In this document: positions 13,019 through 22,544 of the stretch, one piece after another
Layout: each line of letters starts with the position of its first letter
Numbering within the stretch: position 1 is the first letter of the stretch
Origin: Gnetum montanum
Lineage: Eukaryota > Plantae > Gnetophyta
Direction: 5' to 3'
DNA length: 64,000 nt
Assembly (NCBI GenBank): GCA_015680685.1
Contig: MNCI01002702.1
Coordinates: 129,897-193,896, forward strand
The notes under the pieces: generated by a model
What the model was told of the DNA's origin: nothing
The model's database searches: none
The model's input: only the letters and a program-made list of their open reading frames with translations
Made by a program: the position numbers and the translations under genes

Positions 13019-14509
13019 AGGCCAAGGTTAATTGGGAGGAATCGTCTCAACGAGTACTATAAGTTGGATATGGTTTCAAGGTCTGAAAACTAATTTGAAT
13101 TTCCAAAATTCTAAAGAACCAAGCTAGCTTATTTTGCCAAATTAACATTCCTAGGCTGACACATAGACAAAATGATCACTTCTAGATAACTTCAATGATT
13201 ATAAATGATATACCAACCCTTAAACGTAAAACATAATAATTTTACCTTATGATTTAGTAAGTATGATATATTATTATCCTCTCACATCAAGATTATGTTC
13301 TAGGTATTAAGGATAAGCAAGACATCACAACATTACCCCTCAAGTATTGGTTTTTGTATGAATTGTGTTCTTTTGCGGGCATTCCAAGGGAATTTTGGTT
13401 ACAGCAAAAAATGAGGGTACCGCACATGGCCTACCATCCATTCCATACATGCATTTTCAAAAGTGTCTGAGCCCCCAAAGTCAAGCTTCAACACTTCCAC
13501 CTATTTTCCACATTCCATGTTGAAATTTCAGACCCTTAACTTTTTCCCAACCCTTTTCTAGGGTGCTTTGTTTTATTTTTGTATTTTGCTCATCCATTCC
13601 ACCTCTATGTGTGTTAACAGTATCATCTACGAGTTAAGGAGGCATTGTTCTCTTGGCTTGGTAATCGCATAGTTGCTAAAATTTAATATAGTTAATTATA
13701 TTAAAATCCTTTTATAGTTAAAAAAATTTCAGGCCGTAGTTCGCAAGGGCCATGGAGGCCCAACCCACATGCCACATCGTCAATCTTGCTACGCTACCAC
13801 TTGTGTCGTGCCATGTCTATACGCTACCACTTGTGTCGTGCCATGTCCTGGGCTGTGCAGAGGATGAGCCTTGCAAATGATCACATAGGCCCTACAGAGG
13901 GTCGTGCAAGCCCGCCTAGGCCGCATAGGCCCTAGTTTTTGCATATTGTTTCCTTTGCAAGGAATATTGATCTATGCTAATGTGCAAGCTACTATGCCGA
14001 AGGCAGACGTGGACCCACCGCTGGTAATGGGAGCAGTGATGACGTTTGAGGCATTAACAGTAGTGGTATGGCAGGTGCTGACGGAGGCACTAGGGATGGT
14101 GGCAGCGTAGCGGATGAAGCTGATGTTCATCGTGGATGGGTAGGCATGGTTCAATCTGCCACTACCATGCGACTACTTCGGCAACGACATCGTCCTAACG
14201 ACAACCACCACGGAGGCCGGGGAACTGTGTTCGCAACTACTCACCTACGGCATGGCAATGCTGCAATGCGTTGTGCACACCATAACAAACATCTTCATAT
14301 GCTTCACCATCGACTTCCACTCTACTCCACCACACTGTCGCTTCCACACATCACTTGCTTTCGCCACCTCCATGCAGCATTGCTTGTTCCCCCACCATCG
14401 TTAACTGTTATTGTCACCGGTGCTACCTTTCCCTCTGCCTGCGCAGACATCGCTGCAATTGCCACCACCATCACCTACGCTGCCACTAAAAAACCCGTCG
14501 GAATTTTTG

Positions 14510-14885
14510 CTAGACCATGGTATCCGTAAGCACCACAAACACCATGGGCACCATGGAATCTTGCCTCCCACAAAGCCCTACGGACACCATGGAATCCCAT
14601 CTCCCACGGAGCTCCATGGACATGATGGAATGCTACCTCCCACAAAGCTCCATGGACACCACGGAGCAGCATGGAATCCCTCCTCCCGTGGAGCTCTACG
14701 GACACCACGGGCATCATATCCCACCTCCCACAAAGCCCCGCAAACATCGTGAAATTCTGCCTTCCACAAAGCTCTGCGAACAATGTGGAATGCCGCCTCC
14801 CATGGAGCTCTATAGACACCACAGGCCCCATGGAATCCTGCCTCCTATAGAGCCCCGTGGACACCATGGAATCCCGCCTCCCGTT
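14510..14885. repeat. GC-rich tandem array, 36-46-bp units, about 9-10 copies
   Basis: Unit resembles ccacggagctccatggacaccatggaatcccgcctc; it explains the overlapping repetitive ORFs at 14411-14939. Confidence 0.85.
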
Positions 14886-15011
14886 AACCATAAAATTTTA
14901 CATCAATTAATGCAAAATTTAAAAACACTAGCAAAATAAGCAGTAAATTTGAATTTAAAACATGGGCAAAAATTTTCCAAAAAAGAATTTGCCACTTTAG
15001 CAGCATGTGAG

Positions 15012-15083
15012 ATAAGAATTCCATAATTAAGTGTGCTTGCTCTGGAGTAGTACTAAGATGGGTGACCTTTCAAGAAGTCTCGT
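15012..15083 (+). pseudogene. 5S rRNA-derived segment covering the Pol III internal control region (A box, IE, C box)
   Basis: ataagaattccataattaagtgtgcttgctctggagtagtactaagatgggtgacctttcaagaagtctcgt versus recalled plant 5S ATCAGAACTCCGCAGTTAAGCGTGCTTGGGCGAGAGTAGTACTAGGATGGGTGACCTCCTGGGAAGTCCTCGT. About 56/73 identical by hand; mismatches are mostly C>T and G>A. Confidence 0.88.
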
Positions 15084-15732
15084 TTACTTAAAAACTTCAA
15101 ATGCCATAATTTTTTATTTCGGAAGCCTTTTTTGGCAAACAATGAGTCGTTTCCTATAGATTTCAACCTCCTAAACACAATGGTGAAGTTGGATCTACAC
15201 CATGAAACTCCAAAAAATTGCTTTTACTCCTTGCCCCATACAATGCCTCAAGACCCTCAAAAAACTTAATTTTAGCATAACTTGGGCATACAGGGTCCAT
15301 TTCTAACATATGAATAGTCATTTCTAACATTTTTCAACCTTCTAAACTCAATGGTAAGGTCAAATTTATCATCAGTACCCGATAATTCAATGATACCTTA
15401 AATCATGCTTTTTAAGATCACAACTTAAGGTAACAAATCATGCCTAGCAAATTAATTGTTGAAACTAATAAATTTAACCTTTTGGGCCTTAAGATTAAGT
15501 GCCTAACCTTTATAGATAGTCTTAAGATCACTAACCCCTGGTGTATCATTAGTTACATTGTTGGAGTCCATGTTCTACGGGGGGTAGAAAGGTCGTTAAG
15601 AATCAAATAATGTAGCTAAATGTTACCAACAAGATTAGTCGGAGAATCAATTATTGAATCAATTGGCGAACCAGAATCGTTAAGAAGATGTATATCAATT
15701 GATCCTGCAATCAAATTATATAGAAGAACAAC

Positions 15733-16883
15733 ATGGAAAGTAATAATCTCGTTCCAACAAGGGGTATGATACCTATATAGAGTAATGGCCCAAAAGAGAA
15801 TCCATGAATGAGAATGAAAGTGGCAATATATAACATGCTTGCAAGATCCCTAGCCAGTGAATACACTATGTCCACCATGGGCCTTGAATATAGAGTTACA
15901 AGATTTGGATGTTGATGTCTTGTGCCTACAAGAAGTCTTGCCATGGGAATTCCTATATCAATTCCAAACGAACATGGAGAAAATGGGATACATAGGTATC
16001 TATAAGCAAAAAGATTCTTGTGGAAGTTCTCTTTCGAGCCATACAAATTAGCCTATTGTAGAAATCACAACATGGATGGTTGCACAATCTTTTATAAAGA
16101 ATCCAAGTTTGAATTAGTACAAAGATTTGAATAGAATTTAGAAGATAAGATTTTTGAAATTCCAAAACTTCAAATCATGGGAAAGAAAGATCAATCAAGG
16201 TTCCAAAGAAACCACATTGTTTTGGCTGTGATACTAAAAATCCATTTATCATGAAGATGTATATGTGTAGTTAACATATATTTAATTGCCAAATCAACAT
16301 GTCAAGATGTCAAATTGTGCCAAGGAGCATACTTGATTAAGCAAATAGAGGAAAGTTTGAAGAATAAGCTATTCCTAAGACATATCAATCCAAGTGCCAT
16401 TTGTCATTTGTGCAAACTTCAATAAAAGTTGGAAGTAGTATTTATCAATTCTTAAAATATGGATGTGTCAAAGAATCCTTGGAAGATAAACCTGATTTGA
16501 AGAAGATGTTTCCATCAATTCAACATGCAATTCCATTGGCCAATGCATATTGTGCTTACTTCGAATCTTCAATAGATAAATCAAATCCTAGAATTCGGAA
16601 ATAGATGATGTTGATGGATAGTACTCACCAAGAACCACAGTTTACCAATTACTTTGCCATGATTAATGAAGATGGGTCAACAACATTCTTCATTAAGACC
16701 CTAGATTATATTCGGTGCAACGTCTGATTCTTCCTAGTTAAAAAGTTACTAGAGTTAATCTCTAAGGATGTTGAGAAGAAACAAGATCAAGCCCTTCCAT
16801 CCTAAACAAGATCATCCATTCATATACCACTTATGGTAGAACTACAACTACTTCCATTGATTCCCAAGGTTTATCAAGATTAG
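15733..16883 (+). pseudogene. Intronless CCR4a/b-like deadenylase (EEP nuclease domain), element-borne, disrupted
   Basis: In order: VPTRGMIPI, MKVAIYNMLA, LCPPWAL, DVLCLQEV, GYIGIYKQK, MDGCTIFYK, DVKLCQ, VPFVICANFN, IPLANAY, EPQFTNY, KTLDYI, LLELI, QALPS..SSIHIPLMVEL. These match plant CCR4 motifs YNIL, YCPPWAL, VCLQEV, DGCATF, DVKLWQ, VCGDFN, LPLVSAY, EPLFTN, TLDYI, ALPSPEWSSDHIAL. Confidence 0.9.
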
Positions 16884-17323
16884 GAAGTATCTTAACCTTA
16901 CTTTTATTTATGATTTTCTTAATTTTCTTTATTATTTAATTTATATTTTAACTAGATGAGTAAAATATCTAAGGTAATGAAAGTTGGGAATAAAGGATTT
17001 GCCCTACCTTCACTTAGGTAACCAAATACGAGTTGCACTTTGTGTGACCTTGGTTAGTACTAGTGATTAGTGGTTGGTAAATCTTTAATTCACTTCTTAT
17101 CATTATCTTAGAAAATCATGTAAGTATTGATAAAATAATATTTAATACTTATATAAATTCTTCTCATATATGCCTTGTTTGCAAAATAAGCAAGAAACAA
17201 CTTCAAGTCCAAAGGAGAAATCAAATTATTGAAGCACAAGAGCATAAAAGAAGCATTGGAGCTGGAAAAAGGATAGTGAACATGGACTCATTCGAGGAAG
17301 AAAAAAACCTAAGGGGGATAGAT

Positions 17324-17876
17324 TGTAATGTCCCCATTCCCAAATGGTGCTGCTACATAACAAAGATGGAGCCTCTTCATAACAGGTATTATCATTATCG
17401 TAACAAGAGCCAAAAGGGAACTTGTAATTAAGACCCAAAAGGGCATGTTGTAATAATGGACATGTCTCTTGAGGTGACCTTTGGGGGTTTCAAATAAGGC
17501 AGTTATACCCGAGCATAGAGGTTGTATCAACATGGAGTTGCAGAGTCAGTAAAGGCAAGTAACAAGTGTTAGGTGAAGCGGGATAGGAAGAGGACTAGCC
17601 ATCCCTTTTGGCCGATTGTAGGCCTAACTAGGGTGGCAATGCTAGATTACCTTTAAGGATAGATGCCAAATAAGACCCCAAGTAACACTCTCAAAGCAAA
17701 GCATGATCTAGATGCACTATTCCACATCAATAAAGCATACTTTTCTCTTTTCTTCTACATTTTCCCTATTATTCTGTTTACGCATAATGTTGAATAATAC
17801 ATATATTTGACATTTGGTCTATTATCTTCTTACGCATAATGTCTAATATAACACATATTTGATGTTTGCCATGACA
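17324..17876 (+). repeat. Family-B 3' LTR, copy 1 (553 bp)
   Basis: TGTAATG...CATGACA terminal inverted ends, preceding PPT, internal AATAAA near 17730; homologous to 29925-29508 (minus) plus 6907-6879 (minus). Confidence 0.78.
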
Positions 17877-20800
17877 TCCAAGAATAGGATGTCACAAAAA
17901 CAAGGGAGGCAAGGGTCAAGATAGTAGCTTATCCAAGATACAGTGCTTCAAATGTGGAGAGTGGAGACACAAACAATGAAAATGTCTACTTGAAAAGGCA
18001 GCCAAAGGCAAGGATGTACAAACCTTGGAGACAGAGGAATCATTAAGCCAAGCTCTTCAAAGAGGTAATCCTAATACTTAAAAATTAAGGAGGTTTATGA
18101 ATTGAATTTATGTGTATTTATAGGGAATGTGAATAGAGGAGATCATCCAACAAGAAATTTAGGACTAGATGTTTGATTAGTGGGGAATGGATTCATATTT
18201 TGATTGATGGGGAAGCCCAAGAAGATGTTATTTCCTCCAGGATAGTTGCTAAGTTGGGTTTAGTGACATATTCTCATAAGATGCATTAGTTGTCTAAAGT
18301 TTTCTCTCAAGAGGTAAAAGAACAATGTATTTTAAAGTTTAAAATTAGGAGTTATCATGATGTTGTGAGATGTGACATGTTGCTTATTGATGGGGCAAGA
18401 AATGTGTGGAGTGTAGCAAGAGAAAATGAAATTCAATAGTTGATTCCTATGACTGATGAACAAGTGAGGCAATAAACCTAACTTAAATACTTCCTTAATT
18501 CTTCTTGGGGAGAGAAAATACATTAAGGAACATAATGAGGCAGGTTTTGGATTTGTGATTGTATCAATTGTTACTTCTAACCATGATGTTGTGCAGGTAG
18601 AACTTCCACCAAGTGTACTAGGCTTGAAGGAGTGATTTCCCAATGTGTTCATAGGGGAATTTGATAAGCTGCCACCAATGAGGAATGTTCAATACCATAT
18701 TGACTTCATCCCTAGTTTTACCAATCCAAATGAGAGAGCATGCCAGATGGCACCAAATCAAAGGGCTGAATTGCAAAGGCAAGTAGAGGAGCTACTTGCG
18801 AATGACTTTGTGAGAAAGTCAATCACTCCTTGTGCAAATCCAGCAGTGCTTGTGCCAAAGAAGGACAATGACAACTAGAAAATGTTTCCTATTCTAAGGA
18901 TAGATGATAAGATAAGATAATAGTAAGGTAGATGTTTCCTATTCTAAGGATAGATGATATCCTTGATATCCTTACCAATGCTGAGATTTTCGGCAAAATT
19001 GATTTGAAAAGTGGGTACCATCAAATTCGGGTCACTTCTAGTCATAAATGGAAGACCACATTCAAGACACCTAATGAATTGTTTAAGTGATCGGTTTTGA
19101 GATCATAATGGTCCTACCACATTCATGAGGTTGATGCATGCCGTTCTCAAGGATTTGATTGGTAAGTGTTGTATTGTCTTCTTTGATAATATTTTGGCGT
19201 ACAGTTCCAATGAGGAGGAGCATTTGGAACATGTGAGGAGTGTATGTCTCAAATTGGAGGAGACACAGTAAGTTGTCAACATGAAGAAGAGTTATTTCTT
19301 CAAAAAGAATATGACATACTTGGGACATGTGATTTCTAAAAATAAAATCAAGATGGAAGCTACTAAGGTAAAGGCTAGTAGAGATTGGCCAACTGTTAGA
19401 AATGTTGTGAAGGTGAGATCATTTCTTGATGTAGCAGGTTTTTACAAAAAAATCATCAAACATTTCAGTGGTATATTAGGGCCTATGTTTGCGTTGCTTC
19501 AGAAAAATCAAGATTTTAAGTGGGGTGATCAAACCCAAAGGAGCTTTGACTTGTTTAAGGCAAAAATAACTAGTGAACCAATGCTTGCAATACCAAATTT
19601 TCAGAAGCTTTTTCAGGCAGAGGTGGATGCAAGTGGACTTGCCATTAGAGGGGTGCTTTCACAAGAAGGAAGATTTATGGCTTTATTTTTAGAAAAAATA
19701 AATGGATCAAGGCAGAAATACAGTGTGTATGAGAAGAAATTGTATGCTATTCTTTAATCAATCAAGCATTTGAGGCATTATCTGTTAACGAAGGAGTTCA
19801 CCTTGATGGCTGACCAGAAAGCACTTCAACTACTCAATTCCCAAAAGAAGTTGTGGGTAGCACAATTGCAGGAATTCAATTTTGTGCTCAAGCATAAGAG
19901 TGGGAAAACCAATGTGGTAGATAATGTATTATCTAGGGTGCATGTGGTGAATTTCAGTGTTCCTTGTGGAAGGTATGAATGATTTTGCTGATTTGTATAA
20001 ACATGATTCAGATTTTGGATAGGTTTGAGGGAGCCTTAAAGAGCCATTGTTGAGTAGGATAGACCAATGGAGAAACTATCACATCCAAGATGAACTGCTG
20101 TTCAAGAATGGGAAGGTTTGTGTTCCCAATTGTGATTTTAGATGAAAGATTTTGATTGAAAAACATTGTGGTGGCATGGCAGGTCACACGAACAAAGATA
20201 AGACATTGATGCTTGTGGATTGGCACTATTTTTGGCCTGGAATGGCCTCTAAAGTCTCAAAATTTGTGAAGGAGTGTTTGACATGTCAGAAATTCAAGGG
20301 AGGTAAACGAGTTGATGGACAGGATCTGCCCTTGCCAATTCCGAAAGGACCTTGGCAATGTGTGTCAATAGACTTTGTGAGTAGGATTCCAAAGACCAAA
20401 AATAGGAACGATGCTATCCTTGTGGTGGTGGACAGGTTCTCCAAGATGGCACAGTTCATTCTGTGCAAGAAGGTGAATGATGCATCTCATATTGCAAATT
20501 TGTTTTTCCATTATGCTGTGAGGTTGCATAGGATTGTTTTGAATATTGTTAGTGAGAAAGATTCCAAGTTTAATAGTCAAAAAAAAAATTATTTTTTTTT
20601 TGAGAAAATATTCGGGAGTATATTACTGACAAAATATAGTACATGAAATTAGAAACCGTGGGTCATCAGCAATGGCCCTCATTGGGTGGGGAAAAAACCC
20701 CAAGCCACAAACCAATCCAACACCACAACAGTCATGCCAAAGCCACAAACTCCCCAGAAAACCCAGCAAATGCTTTGTGGGGGGGGGGGGGGGGGAGGGG

Positions 20801-21690
20801 AGAGACAGTGCAGGGGGAGCATGAAGGAGATCCAATAGTCATTTTTGAAGGTCCCTTTGGAAGATTTTAGGAACAAAGTTGAATTTTTCTAATGCATATC
20901 ATCCACAATTTCATAACCAAACTAAAGTGGTCAACAAATATTTGCTTAATATTTTGAGGTGCTTATATGAAGGATTGTCCAATAGGTGGAAAAAGTTATT
21001 GTCATGTTGAGTTTTCCTAAAACAATGTTTTTCATGTTGCTATTGGGAAGAGCCCATTTGAAGCTAATTATAGTTTCTGTTCCATGATGGTGGATACTTT
21101 GAGAAGCTTTGATAGAGAGGCTCAACTGCGTGTAGGCTTTATGAAGGAGACAATAGATCTTCATGCTCAGGTGAGTGCAAATCTAGAGAAGAAAGCTAAA
21201 GAAAGAGCCCAAAAGAGGAATGAGGCCAAGAAGAAGCCTAATTTCGTTGTTGGTGATCTTGTTTGGGTGCACTTGAAGAAGAAGAGGTTGAGGGGTCTAA
21301 ACTTCTCAAAACTGAAGGCCAAGAAGAAGGGTCTTTTCAAGATAAAGGCTGAAATCAATTAATGCCTTTGAAATTAACTTACCCAATGATGTGGATATGT
21401 CTTTTGCTTTTAATGTTGCAGATCTTGTGCATTACCATGGACCAGAAAATGATGAAACCTTAAGGGGCAGCATCGATGAGTTGAAGGGGACCATTGACAA
21501 GTCCAAATCTTCATAGGAAAGGAAGGCAATTGTACTCAAGAAGAGAGAAGCTTACAGCACTCATAGAGTAAAGAGGCATGAGTACTTGCTCCATTGGAAG
21601 GATCAAACTATTGATGGCGTTGTATGGGTCAAAGAGACTAAATTTGTTGAATGGGGAATTACTTCTACCCCTAGTTCCTTGTTCACCTAA
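17877..21690 (+). pseudogene. Element C zinc knuckle, PR, RT, RNase H, integrase and chromodomain (degenerate)
   Basis: CFKCGEWRHKQ*KC; ILIDGEAQ; PCANPAVLVPKKD; KIDLKSGYHQIRV; VFFDNIL; VDASGLAIRGVLSQ; HCGGMAGH...CLTCQ; PWQCVSIDFV..VVVDRFSKMA; KKKGLFKI; EYLLHWKDQTIDGVVWV (about 21585-21630). Confidence 0.92.
20580..20833 (-). mobile_element. 5'-truncated non-LTR (L1-like 3' end) insertion in the element C integrase
   Basis: TSD AATAGTCA at 20572-20579 and 20834-20841; A-tail on the minus strand after ...taatatactcccgaatattttctc. Removing it restores DSKFNSHF*RSLWK. Confidence 0.8.
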
Positions 21691-21716
21691 GTTCACTTTT
21701 TGAAGGGTGGGAGAGT

Positions 21717-22539
21717 TGGTGTAAGAACACCTCTTTTGAGCCCCATGTCATCCCTACAACTAGAGGAATGAAGGTTCTGACAACTTGGTAAACATCTAGG
21801 GCACTCAGTAGAGATCTTGCTTGAGAGCTAGGCACTTGCAGAAGAAATCTTAGAGGTATAGTAGACATCTTGCCTAAGAGCTAGAAGGAGACATCTTACC
21901 CAAGAAGGAGACGTCTCTAGGAAAACATCTTGCAAGTGGAGGAGACCTCTTGCCTTTAGTATAGACATTTTGCCCAAATTGAGATGTCTAGCTTGCATGT
22001 TGGACTTGACAGAAAGACGTCTTTCGAAACCTATAAATGTCTTGTTCAACTGCGGCAACTTTCCATAGTGGCAATTCCAAGATGGAAAACCATCAAGAAT
22101 GTCAAGATCGAAAGGGGAAAGTTTTCCTAAAAATTTTAGCTTTGTTTCTTGATAAATAATGGGTCTGTGTTGTATGTTTTGTGTGACAAAAGTTTCTCTA
22201 ATCAATCGTGTGTGTGGTATTGGCCATTATGTGTCTGTGTAGGATCTTGGTGGTTGTACGCCAACCTTGTGTGAGATTAAAGAGATCCAATTCAATTGAA
22301 CCTTGCATTGAGGTCAATTATGTGTGATCGTAGAGCCTCCTATTCTACAATATCATTGGGTGTATGTGCTGATGTGTGATGATGATCTATGGGATTGTGG
22401 TTTCATTGTAATTGTATTCTTCTTCCAACATTAATAGAAGGTAGCTAGTTTTCTTGTTTTTTAGCAAATTAGTTGCCTTGTATGCATTTTGGATTTAGTG
22501 TGTTTGAAGGGTTAAACAAATTAAAGTGACCCTACTCCA
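21717..22539 (+). repeat. Element C 3' LTR, preceded by PPT at 21702-21715
   Basis: gaagggtgggagagt|TGGTG ... ctcCA|ccaat. Confidence 0.9.
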
Positions 22540-22544
22540 CCAAT

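Larger units (their letters stand above)
13019..17876 (+). mobile_element. Family-B LTR element copy 1 (5'-truncated): GC-rich repeats, 5S-derived segment, CCR4-like ORF, PPT, 3' LTR
   Basis: 15303-17876 is colinear with the reverse complement of 29508-31907 plus 6879-6907. PPT aagggggataga (17311-17322) is followed by an LTR running TGTAATG...CATGACA. The host gag resumes at 17877. Confidence 0.8.
11467..22539 (+). mobile_element. Chromovirus (CRM-like, chromodomain-bearing) Ty3/gypsy element C nested in the A1 RT
   Basis: LTRs at 11467-12221 and 21717-22539 start TGGTG; perfect 5-bp TSD CCAAT at 11462-11466 and 22540-22544; PBS and PPT present. Confidence 0.92.

Noticed and set aside
14097-14487. 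Possible long hairpin (gtggcagcgtag / ctacgctgccac)
   Set aside because: Complementarity is only ~12 nt and does not extend.
14510-14885. CRISPR-like periodicity
   Set aside because: Units are contiguous degenerate repeats without unique spacers, the context is eukaryotic, and there are no cas genes.
14411-14939. Several overlapping His/Pro/Met-rich ORFs on both strands
   Set aside because: By-products of a GC-rich minisatellite; no recognisable domain.
15012-15083. Functional 5S rRNA gene
   Set aside because: The 5' ~35 nt and the 3' end are missing, there are many substitutions, and it is not in an array.
15733-16883. EEP ORF as a LINE APE endonuclease or as the host CCR4 gene
   Set aside because: Motifs (CPPWAL, DGCxIF, DVKLxQ, EPxFTN, ALPS) are CCR4-specific and no RT follows; it is intronless, disrupted and enclosed in retroelement sequence.
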